This document shows positions 8,594 to 17,180 of a DNA stretch of 45,548 nucleotides, piece by piece (position 1 is the first letter of the stretch; every line of letters begins with the position of its first letter). This stretch comes from Prolixibacteraceae bacterium (GTDB lineage Bacteria > Bacteroidota > Bacteroidia > Bacteroidales > Prolixibacteraceae), in NCBI GenBank assembly GCA_036170635.1, contig JAVHPO010000212.1, forward strand, positions 1-45,548, in the 5' to 3' direction. The notes beneath the pieces were generated by a model. The model was given only the letters and a program-made list of their open reading frames with translations. It was not told the origin of the DNA and did no database searches. The position numbers and the translations under genes are program-made.

Positions 8594-9226
8594 TTGAAAA
8601 CTCTGAGAATAGATACAGAAAAAACAAAATCTGTGGCCCTCATCATAGCGCATCCTGATGATGAAACATTGTGGGCCGGAGGAACGATCCTTTCACATCC
8701 TGAGTGGAACTGGTTTATTGTTTGTCTTTGCCGTCGCAGCGACAAGGAACGGGCCTCCAAATATAGCAAGGTGGTTAAGATTCTTAAGGCCAAGGGGATT
8801 ATGGGTGACCTCGACGATGGTCCTCAGCAAATACCATTGGATGATAGTGAGGTGGAGAATAGTATCCTGGAGTTATTACCCCTGAAACATTATGATTTGC
8901 TGATTACCCACAATATTAACGGAGAATATACAAGGCACCTCAGGCATGAGGAGATAAGCAAAGCTGTGATAAAGCTTTGGCAGTCAGGCGAAATTGATGC
9001 TGATGAACTATGGACATTCGCTTACGAAGATGGCAACAAGGCCTATTTCCCAATTGCTGTCGAAAAGGCATCGGTTTTTAAGCAATTACCGCAAAACATC
9101 TGGAACAAAAAATACAACATTATTACAGAATCATACGGTTTTGATCAGAATAGCTGGGAAGCCAAAACAGTACCTCATGCTGAAGCATTCTGGCAATTCA
9201 CCAATCTGCTTCATGCTAAAAACTGA
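8594..9226 (+). CDS. PIG-L/LmbE-family N-acetylglucosaminyl deacetylase
   Basis: N-terminal signature VALIIAHPDDETLWAGGT (AHPDDE zinc-site motif) and a typical size of 210 aa. TTG start at 8594, with GTG at 8630 as an alternative. Confidence 0.7.
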   Translation: MKTLRIDTEKTKSVALIIAHPDDETLWAGGTILSHPEWNWFIVCLCRRSDKERASKYSKVVKILKAKGIMGDLDDGPQQIPLDDSEVENSILELLPLKHYDLLITHNINGEYTRHLRHEEISKAVIKLWQSGEIDADELWTFAYEDGNKAYFPIAVEKASVFKQLPQNIWNKKYNIITESYGFDQNSWEAKTVPHAEAFWQFTNLLHAKN

Positions 9227-9282
9227 GTTAGCAATTTGTAAATGAGACAATTCTAATTATCAATAACTAATTATTTTTTCAA

Positions 9283-9325
9283 TTTTCACATTTTCACATT
9301 TTCACATTTTCACATTTTCACATTT
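9283..9325. repeat. Octanucleotide tandem repeat (TTTTCACA)x5 plus partial unit
   Basis: Five perfect units at 9283-9322 followed by TTT, preceded by a degenerate unit TTTTTCAA (9275-9282). It ends 6 nt before the ATG of the next glycosyltransferase (9332). Confidence 0.95.
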
Positions 9326-9331
9326 ATTTTC

Positions 9332-10474
9332 ATGAAAGTATTAGTAATGTACGATTACCCTCCATCCCCCGGAGGGCTTGCAACTCAGGGAGACCTCTTA
9401 TACAAGGGTCTTCTGGGAATGGGCGTTGATGCCCGTGCAGTTCACTTCGAATCGGCTCAGGAAAAAGAGTGGTACTATCGCTGGTTTGAACCGGATGTTG
9501 TTATTGGAGTAGGATACTGGGGCCACACTCCGCAATTGGTGCTACATCCTCAGCGATACGGGATCCAGCCAGTCCCATGGTTGGTGGCAGATGGTTATAT
9601 CGCGAATTATCAGGAAGTTTTGAATACCCTTCCTTTGATTTTGGTTACATCAAACTGGGTCAAAGAGATGTATGTCCGCGATGGCATTCATGGTGATCGA
9701 ATTGAAGTGCTTCCCGTTGGATGTGATACAGATTCTTTCATCCCGTTTGAAAAAAATGATCCGAAAATTCTTGCCGTACGTGAAGCTTTAGGAATCTCAC
9801 CGGAACAACTGATGATTCTTACAGTTGGTGGTGATGCTGCATCCAAAGGTGCGCAGGAGGTAATGCAAGCCCTTGCTATTATTGATTCAAAAGCGCCTGA
9901 CTGGAAATATGTATGCAAAGTGTGGCCGCAACCCCGCACCAAAATTCAAAATCTTGCTGATTTACAAATGGCATCAGACCTTGGCATTGAAAAAAATGTC
10001 ACCTATGAGACCAACACGATCTCAAGGAATTTCATGCCATATTTGGTAGGTGCATGTGATATTTATGCTGCCCCTTCGCGGCTTGAAGGATTTGGTATGC
10101 CCCAGGTTGAAGCCGGGGCTTGCGGAAAGCCTGTCATAAGCATAAAGGCAATGGGAATGCTGGATACCTTAATTGACGGTGAAACAGCATTTTTGGCCAA
10201 TGTGGCACAGCGAATTGTTGTCAATGAGGTAACAATTGGAGGCGAGTCGGGATTTGAGGAAAAACACAAACTGATTTTTGAAGTTCCGCGAACCGTGGAT
10301 TACCGTGCCAATGTTCAGGATATAGCCAAATATTTATTGATTCTTATGAAAGACGCAAGTCTTCGTGACAAAATGGGGAAAGCAGGTCGGGAAAGAGTGG
10401 TAGCGAACTTTGACTACCGCATTGTGGCAAAACGATTTGTTCAGATCATCAACGAAAAATTGGGAATTTACTAA
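9332..10474 (+). CDS. Group 1 (GT4) glycosyltransferase
   Basis: 380 aa with the E-x7-E region of retaining GT4 enzymes (PSRLEGFGMPQVEAGACGKPVIS). N-terminus MKVLVMYDYPPSPGGLATQ. Confidence 0.7.
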   Translation: MKVLVMYDYPPSPGGLATQGDLLYKGLLGMGVDARAVHFESAQEKEWYYRWFEPDVVIGVGYWGHTPQLVLHPQRYGIQPVPWLVADGYIANYQEVLNTLPLILVTSNWVKEMYVRDGIHGDRIEVLPVGCDTDSFIPFEKNDPKILAVREALGISPEQLMILTVGGDAASKGAQEVMQALAIIDSKAPDWKYVCKVWPQPRTKIQNLADLQMASDLGIEKNVTYETNTISRNFMPYLVGACDIYAAPSRLEGFGMPQVEAGACGKPVISIKAMGMLDTLIDGETAFLANVAQRIVVNEVTIGGESGFEEKHKLIFEVPRTVDYRANVQDIAKYLLILMKDASLRDKMGKAGRERVVANFDYRIVAKRFVQIINEKLGIY

Positions 10475-10483
10475 TGTTGAAAT

Positions 10484-11680
10484 GTGAAAATGGAAAACTG
10501 GCAAGAGATTGAAGATGCTAAGAAAGCTGCGATTGAGGTGCTGCTGCACAATGCTCACGGACCCTACTCGGGACTCCCTCGTACTGCAGGATGGGGCTAT
10601 CCTGAACCATATACCAGGGATTTGATGTTTTCCATTCTTGGCATAGCCGTAACCGGAAATATAAAATTACTCGGAAGCATCAGAAAAGTGCTGGAAACAC
10701 TGGCAAAAAATCAAACACGCCATGGTCATATACCTTCGTTGGTTCATGATAAGGAAGACCGAGGATCCAGCGATACAACTCCATTATTTTTGATGGCAGT
10801 TGGCATTTATAGAAAAGTATCAGCTGAACCGGATTTTTTAACTGAAGCAGTTGACAAAGCGCTGATCTGGATGGAATACCAAAGTCCGTCTGACCGTTAC
10901 CTTGTTGCCCAGCAACCTACCAGCGACTGGCGCGATGAACAATGGGTAACAGGATATGGACTGTTTGTAAATACAATTGTATACAGCTACTTGCGTCTCT
11001 TGGGCAAGGACGAGCGAGCAGAGCATGTTCGATGTGAAATGGGCCGGTTTACCATCGTCGATGGTTCAGGTCACCACCATTTGCACGAAGGCCTCGTAGT
11101 GAAACATAAACCATATTTTGCTTTCTGGTCTTACAAAATTCATAGCAGTGAAAGGTTCGATCTTCTTGGTAATGCACTGGCTATTCTTTCCGGATTGGCA
11201 ACTCCTTCCAGAGCCAATGAGATGATTTCGTGGATCGAAGAGGAGTGCGAAGCCATGCGCCTTCGGGGAGAATTGTCAATTCATCTGCCACCAAATTTTT
11301 TCCCTTATATAAGACCTGAGGATGCCGAGTGGCTTCCAAGGTATTTGATATATAACAACCCGGGAGAGTACCACAACGGAGGCATTTGGCCATTTATTTG
11401 CGGGTTTTATGTGGCTGCCCTGGTTGCAGCCAAAAGGTTTAAACTGGCAAAAGAGAAACTCATTGAGCTTACTCATTTGGTAACATTGTCTAATTCAGGT
11501 GAACTCCAATTCGGTTTCAATGAGTGGATAAAAGCCCAAAACGGCATACCCATGGGCCAGGATTGGCAAACCTGGAGTGCGGCACTTTATCTTTATGCTG
11601 TTAAATGTGTGGAGCTAAATGAAACTCCATTTTTTGAAGAAATGCGCAATTACCACAAAGAATCAAAAAATCCGGATTGA
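10484..11680 (+). CDS. Amylo-alpha-1,6-glucosidase (GDE_C)/GH63-like (alpha/alpha)6 glycoside hydrolase
   Basis: GWGYPEPYTRDLMFSILG near the N-terminus and NGGIWPFICGFYVAAL near the C-terminus resemble GDE_C-type hydrolases. GTG start sits 9 nt after the previous stop (ATG at 10490 is an alternative). Confidence 0.55.
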   Translation: MKMENWQEIEDAKKAAIEVLLHNAHGPYSGLPRTAGWGYPEPYTRDLMFSILGIAVTGNIKLLGSIRKVLETLAKNQTRHGHIPSLVHDKEDRGSSDTTPLFLMAVGIYRKVSAEPDFLTEAVDKALIWMEYQSPSDRYLVAQQPTSDWRDEQWVTGYGLFVNTIVYSYLRLLGKDERAEHVRCEMGRFTIVDGSGHHHLHEGLVVKHKPYFAFWSYKIHSSERFDLLGNALAILSGLATPSRANEMISWIEEECEAMRLRGELSIHLPPNFFPYIRPEDAEWLPRYLIYNNPGEYHNGGIWPFICGFYVAALVAAKRFKLAKEKLIELTHLVTLSNSGELQFGFNEWIKAQNGIPMGQDWQTWSAALYLYAVKCVELNETPFFEEMRNYHKESKNPD

Positions 11681-11683
11681 TCC

Positions 11684-11750
11684 TGTGTGAATCATGTAAC
11701 TCTTTACCGGAATTGTGTAAAGCATTTCTGCCCATATAAACAGACCTTTG
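11684..11750 (+). promoter_or_regulatory. Composite stress-type promoter, copy 4
   Basis: box1 TGTGTGAATCATGTAAC (11684-11700), box2 TGTGTAAA (11714-11721), -7-like GACCTTTG (11743-11750). The next annotated gene starts 139 nt later (11889). A 29-codon sORF starts at 11788. Confidence 0.55.
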
Positions 11751-11888
11751 TATTGTGAAGATTCATTCACAATTGATATTCAATAAAATGCAAACGTTAA
11801 AAAACACGACAATGGCCTGCACAAGGGTCGCAAAATTCACCAGAAATAGTCTTTTGTTTAAAACGAATATTCTCTGACAAAAATTATA

Positions 11889-12677
11889 ATGATGAAGGTT
11901 GCTATTGGTTTACTAATTATCCTGTTGCTAAAGGTATCCCAATCAAATGCTCAGGAAATATCTAATCCCCCACTTAAAATGGCAACTCCTTTTTCGTCAG
12001 GAGAAAAGCTTACCTATCAGGTAAAGTATGGCTTTTTAGTAGGTGGTTATACAACCTTTACGCTTTCTGATACCATTTATAAAAGTAAGCCAGTCTTCCA
12101 TGCCAGGGCAATTGGACAAACTTCCGGAATTGCCAACACGATTTACGGGGTAAAAGACATTTACGAAAGCTGGTTCGATAAAAACACAACCTTGCCATTC
12201 AAACAGATCAGGAATATCAAGGAAGGTCGCTATACGCTTTACAACGAGGCAATCTACAACCGGAGAAACAATACAGTCTATTCAAAACTTTCCGGAGAAC
12301 ATCAGGTTCCTGAAAAGATTTTGGATCTGTGTTCTACCTTTTATTACATCAGAAGAGTCGATTTCTCAAAAATAAATGAAGGTGATATCCTATTTGTAAA
12401 TATGTATTTCGCTGACGAAGTATTTCCTTTCCACCTCAGATACGATGGTCGGGAAACAATCAGGACCAAAAATGGCAAGATGAACTGCATTAAAATAAGT
12501 CCGGTTGTTGAAGTCGGTCGTATGTTCGAAACAAAAGATGATATGACCATTTGGTTTACTGACGACGATAAATGTATTCCGGTTTTGGTTCGAATGGAAT
12601 TGCGTATTGTAGGAGCCGTTATCCTAAAACTTGTCAAATATGAAAATGTAAATGATGCATTGGCAAACGGAAATTGA
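11889..12677 (+). CDS. DUF3108 domain-containing secreted protein
   Basis: Signal peptide MMKVAIGLLIILLLKVSQSNAQ. The block GEKLTYQVKYGFLVGGYTTFTL and the beta-rich remainder match my recollection of DUF3108. Confidence 0.55.
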   Translation: MMKVAIGLLIILLLKVSQSNAQEISNPPLKMATPFSSGEKLTYQVKYGFLVGGYTTFTLSDTIYKSKPVFHARAIGQTSGIANTIYGVKDIYESWFDKNTTLPFKQIRNIKEGRYTLYNEAIYNRRNNTVYSKLSGEHQVPEKILDLCSTFYYIRRVDFSKINEGDILFVNMYFADEVFPFHLRYDGRETIRTKNGKMNCIKISPVVEVGRMFETKDDMTIWFTDDDKCIPVLVRMELRIVGAVILKLVKYENVNDALANGN

Positions 12678-12710
12678 ATCATTTTGAGAGATCCTGTTTC
12701 ATTAAGGAGT

Positions 12711-12735
12711 ATCCCGCATTTGCGGGATTTTTTTT
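12711..12735 (+). terminator. Rho-independent terminator
   Basis: ATCCCGCA/TGCGGGAT stem followed by T7, 34 nt after the DUF3108 stop. Confidence 0.7.
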
Positions 12736-12738
12736 ATA

Positions 12739-12805
12739 CCTGTGAATTATGTAACTCATTGTAAATATTTTGTAACATTTCTGGGACAAAAGCTGCTTAA
12801 CTTGG
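12739..12805 (+). promoter_or_regulatory. Composite stress-type promoter, copy 5
   Basis: box1 CCTGTGAATTATGTAAC (12739-12755), box2 TTTGTAAC (12769-12776), -7-like TAACTTGG (12798-12805). ATG at 12877 is 72 nt downstream. Confidence 0.55.
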
Positions 12806-12876
12806 CGTATTAATAAATCTGAAATAGGGACAGATGCAATAGCAAGAATTAGTTGCAACACATCTTTCTAAATCCA

Positions 12877-14097
12877 ATGAAAAAAAATAACAATATGAAA
12901 AAATTTAGCTTAAGTTTAACAGTTTTGCTGATGTGCTCTTTATTCACTTTTGCTCAGGACAAAGTAAAGACCGAGCCTTACCCCAATTGGGAGGTCGGGG
13001 TAAGTTTGGGAGTAACAAATTTCGCCGGATCTACCAACATTGCCAAAGGCAAATCCTGGGAGCATTTTAACAATTATAAAAGTAACTTGAACCTTGGTTA
13101 CGGATTGTTTATCAGGAGAAATTTCACCAGCGTATTCGCGTTCGAGGGCGCTTACAACGGGACTACTCTAACAGGTACGCCAAAAGCAACAAATGTCGCT
13201 GGTAAGGCATTTAAAACCGGTATCAACGAGTTAGATCTGAATACTGTCTGGAACATGAACAATCTCTTTTCCAGGAACAAATTTGATCGAAAGGTATATT
13301 GGTATACCAAACTGGGTGTAGGTTGGACCCATGTGAACAACAAAGAATTTACCAACCCAACTGCAATGAAGCCTTGGAGAGAATTAACCATTCCTATCGG
13401 AACCGGTATAGCCTTTCGCTTGAGCGAAAATGTAAAGTTTCACATTGGAACACAGTGGAGTTGGGTCAATTCAAATCGATTGGATGGTGATAATCAGGGT
13501 GGAACCGGAACTGACTACCTGATTGCTCATATCCGCGAACAATATTTGTACACGCACGCTGGATTATCCTTCATTTTTGGCAGAAGAGTTGTGAAAGAAG
13601 TACCTGTTGTAGTTGTAGTCCCAGCGCCTCAACCGGAACCAAAAAAAGAACCAAAACCAGAACCAAAACCAGTTCCTGTGCCACCACAAGCTCCAGTAAT
13701 TATTTATGTTCAACCGGCCGTTGTTGGAAATGTTTACAACATTCTTTTCGGCTTTAATTTCGGATTTGACAAGTCCAATATTGATGGTAAATCATCTACA
13801 GAACTTGATCGTCTAATAAGGGATCTGGTCGATAATCCAACGGTTGATGTTGAAATTGCCGCTCATGCTGATTCACGAGGTTCGGCAGCCTACAACATGA
13901 AACTTTCTGAAAGACGCGGCCAATCATTAATGGATTATCTCGTGGGGAAAGGTATTGATGCTTCAAGAATTAAAGTAACTGCCTATGGCGAAACAATGTT
14001 AACAAACAGGTGTTCAGATGGAGTTAAATGCTCCGAAGCAGAACATGCGGCCAACCGCCGGGCAGTAGCTACCATTGTAGTTTGGAAGAAGAACTAA
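12877..14097 (+). CDS. OmpA-family outer membrane protein (N-terminal beta-barrel, Pro-rich linker, C-terminal OmpA/peptidoglycan-binding domain)
   Basis: The ORF-track TTG at 12853 is replaced by ATG 12877 (12895 also possible). Signal peptide ...LTVLLMCSLFTFAQ. Linker PAPQPEPKKEPKPEPKPVPVPPQAP is encoded partly by three 12-nt units (13636-13671). The C-terminal domain has ...AHADSRGSAAYNMKLSERRGQSLMDYL...NRRAV.... Confidence 0.8.
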   Translation: MKKNNNMKKFSLSLTVLLMCSLFTFAQDKVKTEPYPNWEVGVSLGVTNFAGSTNIAKGKSWEHFNNYKSNLNLGYGLFIRRNFTSVFAFEGAYNGTTLTGTPKATNVAGKAFKTGINELDLNTVWNMNNLFSRNKFDRKVYWYTKLGVGWTHVNNKEFTNPTAMKPWRELTIPIGTGIAFRLSENVKFHIGTQWSWVNSNRLDGDNQGGTGTDYLIAHIREQYLYTHAGLSFIFGRRVVKEVPVVVVVPAPQPEPKKEPKPEPKPVPVPPQAPVIIYVQPAVVGNVYNILFGFNFGFDKSNIDGKSSTELDRLIRDLVDNPTVDVEIAAHADSRGSAAYNMKLSERRGQSLMDYLVGKGIDASRIKVTAYGETMLTNRCSDGVKCSEAEHAANRRAVATIVVWKKN

Positions 14098-14135
14098 GAT
14101 GTTGATTTGATTACAGATCAAGCAAGCACACAAAA

Positions 14136-14170
14136 AGAGAGGTTGTCATTTTGACAGCCTCTCTTATTTA
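14136..14170. terminator. Bidirectional rho-independent terminator between convergent genes
   Basis: AGAGAGGTTGTCA-TTT-TGACAGCCTCTCT (13-bp stem with one G-U pair), flanked by an A-run upstream and a T-rich tail downstream. Confidence 0.75.
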
Positions 14171-14219
14171 TGGAACATGCCTCCGTTTGAAATCATTGTT
14201 CAGAGCAACAAACAGCCAC

Positions 14220-15353
14220 TTACTTCTCCTTTTGTATGGTAAGGCTGGATTTAATTCCGGATAAGATAGATTTGAAGCAATAATTAAAAAGAAATTTTTC
14301 AGGATCTCTCTCATTATAGATGATCCCCCTTCTTATTTCTTTTCCAGGTAATGGATTGGAGTTTAATATCTTAATATTGGCAATAAGAGAACCTAATCGC
14401 TCTTTCACTGCTGTATTATCATCCGTCCGTTTGTTTTTCAGTGTGACATCCAATCCATGGTAAAGTAGTGTCATTTTGCCTGTTGCTTTGGTATTATTTG
14501 CAGTAAAGCTGAAATTCATCGCGTCAATTTTACCGGTTGTTACATTGATAAAAGCATTTTTCTCAAGGATAGGGTTCAATTCACCGGCATCCATTTCCGA
14601 CAGACTACCATTCAAAGAAAATGTATTTTGCCGGTCAAAGAGTCTACCTTTTAATCGAATGGCCAATTTACCTTTTCCCATCAGTAAAGCGTTAACATTG
14701 AGCTTTAGATAGGCCTTCTCCCTTTTGTAAATAGTGTCGTTCGAAAGATTATAAATCTTAGCATTTACCTCAGTAAAACTAATTTGGCCCGCTGTGTTTG
14801 CCTCTTTGGCATGTTCTTTATAGGTAACACTACCGGCTAATAGAGATATGGAATCAATTTTAACATAACCGGGATAATTGTATATCATATTTTGAAATAC
14901 CTCCTTGTTCACATGTTTGAATTTTATTCGCTTGTCACTAAAAGCATTCAAATCCATTTCTCCGATTTCTATACCGGAGCTTTTCAGAATACCGGATTTT
15001 ATATACTTTGAAACGGAAAGTTTTTGAACAAGTAGCTTTTTAAAGTCTGCTTCAATTCTGTCTGTTTGATATGTGTTGCGAGAAGTGAAAGCGTATTCGT
15101 TGTAATTAGGGTGAATTGAAAAACTGTTGGCGGTAAGTGTTTTTGTTGTTTCGGAATATTTAATACGGCTGGCTTTAAAGCTGTACAAGCTGTCTGATGA
15201 AACAGAAAGAAGTTCGTCTGCTTCAAAATCAAAAGCATTGAGGATAGAAGGAGAAATGGTATCTAATTTTGCAACATGCAGTTTATACCCCATTAAAATA
15301 CCGTTTTTTATTCGATATGATTTTGCACTTAATTTATTGCCAAACGATCCCAA
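14220..15353 (-). CDS. Hypothetical beta-rich protein, last gene of the mla-like operon (possibly AsmA/DUF748-like)
   Basis: 377-aa ORF with a TTG start, 48 nt after the mlaD-like stop. No signal peptide or TM helix visible. It has repetitive amphipathic beta-strand segments (for example GSLSEMDAGELNPILEKNAFINVTTGKIDAMNFSFTANNTKATGKMTLLYHGLDVTL). Confidence 0.4.
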   Translation of the reverse strand: MGSFGNKLSAKSYRIKNGILMGYKLHVAKLDTISPSILNAFDFEADELLSVSSDSLYSFKASRIKYSETTKTLTANSFSIHPNYNEYAFTSRNTYQTDRIEADFKKLLVQKLSVSKYIKSGILKSSGIEIGEMDLNAFSDKRIKFKHVNKEVFQNMIYNYPGYVKIDSISLLAGSVTYKEHAKEANTAGQISFTEVNAKIYNLSNDTIYKREKAYLKLNVNALLMGKGKLAIRLKGRLFDRQNTFSLNGSLSEMDAGELNPILEKNAFINVTTGKIDAMNFSFTANNTKATGKMTLLYHGLDVTLKNKRTDDNTAVKERLGSLIANIKILNSNPLPGKEIRRGIIYNERDPEKFLFNYCFKSILSGIKSSLTIQKEK

Positions 15354-15401
15354 GAGAGATTTTTAGGATATTTTTTTTTGACATGGCGTTAAATTTTGTT
15401 G

Positions 15402-16379
15402 TTATTTGTTTATGGAATCGTTTAGGGCTTCTTTCGCTCTCTTCTTAAAAAATCCCCGAAGTAAGATATTGTGCTGAGCCGCTTCAAGATCTTCATCCAA
15501 TTTTTTAGAGCTGCTCTCCAAATTCTTAATAGTTTCTTTCAAACGGGCACCTGCTTCTTCATCATGTAGCAACACCCCAATTGTAGAATGAGGATTGCTT
15601 CCTGCCTTTTTAATATTTGTAACAAACAATGAGGCTGTGTCTGCCATTTGCCGGAGTTGCAAAACTGAGGCCTTTACCGAATTAAAAACCACAGTATCTG
15701 TTGTCAGTTCATTCACAAGGGTACCTTTTTTATTTAAGCCGGAGCTGAAGGCGACCAGAGAGCTAACCAATTGTTGCGCCTTTACTGATGCGATCTGAAG
15801 TGAAGCAGTGGCAGAATTGATGTTTACATAGATGGAACTGTCATTCAATAGTTTCCCCATGGTTCCTTCTCCGGATACCAACTTATGACTAAGGGTTTTG
15901 AAATCGGTAGTTATGGCGAGCAGGTTGGAATTGTTCTCCTGTAAGGTTTTAATCATATCCTCTGATGTAAAAGTCTTTTCCACTGCCAAAGTATCTCCAT
16001 CCTGCACAGAAGGCAATTTTTCAGTTCCACCGTAAATAACCAGTATTTTATTTCCTATCAATCCATCGCTGCTTATCTTGACCATGGCGTCTTTCGGGAT
16101 ATACTTCTGTGCTTTTCTCTCAATATTCATGGTGACTTCTACCTGAGATTTCCCAAAAAAATTAAGGTTGCTTACAGTTCCTATTTTTACCCCTGACAAC
16201 CAGACGTTGTTACCCCCTTGCAATCCTCCCACATCATCAAAGAGAGAATATACCTGCATTTTTCGGCTAAAGGTTTCCCTGAGGTCTCCAACAATAAGAA
16301 TTCCGGCCAAAAGAAAAGCCAATCCTATAAAAATAAAGAGACCCACTATAACTGCATGTTTATTAGGTGATTCATTCAT
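15402..16379 (-). CDS. mlaD: MlaD/MCE-family substrate-binding protein of an ABC lipid transporter
   Basis: N-terminal anchor AVIVGLFIFIGLAFLLAGILIVG followed by an MCE domain (DDVGGLQGGNNVWLSGVKIGTVSNLNF) and a helical C-terminal extension. Confidence 0.75.
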   Translation of the reverse strand: MNESPNKHAVIVGLFIFIGLAFLLAGILIVGDLRETFSRKMQVYSLFDDVGGLQGGNNVWLSGVKIGTVSNLNFFGKSQVEVTMNIERKAQKYIPKDAMVKISSDGLIGNKILVIYGGTEKLPSVQDGDTLAVEKTFTSEDMIKTLQENNSNLLAITTDFKTLSHKLVSGEGTMGKLLNDSSIYVNINSATASLQIASVKAQQLVSSLVAFSSGLNKKGTLVNELTTDTVVFNSVKASVLQLRQMADTASLFVTNIKKAGSNPHSTIGVLLHDEEAGARLKETIKNLESSSKKLDEDLEAAQHNILLRGFFKKRAKEALNDSINK

Positions 16380-16382
16380 GGT

Positions 16383-17180
16383 TTATTGTATAAAATTATA
16401 ATCGAAGAAAGCTTTTACCTGTTCGTCATTTGTATCGAATACCTCGTCGAAGGTTCCTACTTTTAAAAATTCACCTTCAATTAGCATGGCAATACGATTT
16501 GCTGAATTTTTTGCACAGGTGAGATCATGGGTAATAATGACTGAACTGGTGTTGTATTTTTGCTGAACTTCATTGATCAATTCAATGATTTCGGCACTTG
16601 TAATTGGATCAAGACCTGATGTTGGTTCATCGTACAGCATGATCTCAGGTTTAAGTATTAGTGTCCGTGCAATACCGATTCTTTTGCGCTGTCCGCCAGA
16701 AAGATCTGATGGCATTTGTTTCAGCTTATCTGTAAGACCCACAGCCTCCAATACCTCTTCAACGGCATCATCTACCTCCTTTTTGTTGATATTCTTCCTG
16801 TTCATGGTCAACGGAAAGGCCAAATTCTGGTAAACATTCATGCTGTCGTACAGTGCACTGTTTTGAAAAGAGAATCCAATGCGTATCCGCAGAGCATTCA
16901 GCTCCTTGCTCTCCAATTGATCAACATGTTGTCCAAGCACTACTACCTCTCCCCTATCCGGCTTAAGCAAGCCTACTATTATTTTTATTAAGACAGATTT
17001 TCCAGTCCCGGATTTGCCTAAAACAGCAACATTTTCGCCTTTGAAAAGATTAAAATTGATTCCTTTTAATACCTCCAGGTCACCAAACGATTTGAATAAT
17101 CCGCTGATTGAAATAACTGAATCTTCCTTGTCAATACTATGCTGCTTTAATTTTTTCATTGCAAATATTATCTCATCCAA
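16383..17180 (-). CDS. mlaF: ABC transporter ATP-binding protein (MlaF-like)
   Basis: Walker A GKSGTGKS, ABC signature LSGGQRKRIGIAR, Walker B IMLYDEPTSGLD. Overlaps the upstream permease gene by 13 nt. Confidence 0.85.
   Translation of the reverse strand: MDEIIFAMKKLKQHSIDKEDSVISISGLFKSFGDLEVLKGINFNLFKGENVAVLGKSGTGKSVLIKIIVGLLKPDRGEVVVLGQHVDQLESKELNALRIRIGFSFQNSALYDSMNVYQNLAFPLTMNRKNINKKEVDDAVEEVLEAVGLTDKLKQMPSDLSGGQRKRIGIARTLILKPEIMLYDEPTSGLDPITSAEIIELINEVQQKYNTSSVIITHDLTCAKNSANRIAMLIEGEFLKVGTFDEVFDTNDEQVKAFFDYNFIQ

Noticed and set aside
9283-9325. Octamer array as a CRISPR array or coding repeat
   Set aside because: The units are 8 nt with no spacers and there are no cas genes. The array lies between a stop and a start codon and is not part of any ORF of meaningful length.
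12344-12682. 112-aa minus-strand ORF in the DUF3108 gene. The same applies to the 147-aa ORF at 42953-43396 in tamB and the plus-strand ORFs at 17159-17813 antisense to mlaE.
   Set aside because: All lie wholly inside longer ORFs that have recognisable domain features, and none has supporting signals of its own.
15354-15401. A9 tract and a 16-codon mini-ORF (MSKKNILKISLGIVWQ) as evidence that the 377-aa gene is a frameshifted pseudogene missing its signal anchor
   Set aside because: I tested +1 and -1 changes in the A9 run by hand, and both hit stops before joining the main frame. Only a hypothetical deletion in a different A5 run would join the frames, and the result would not give a convincing TM segment. 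I left it as a TTG-start CDS with an uncertain N-terminus.
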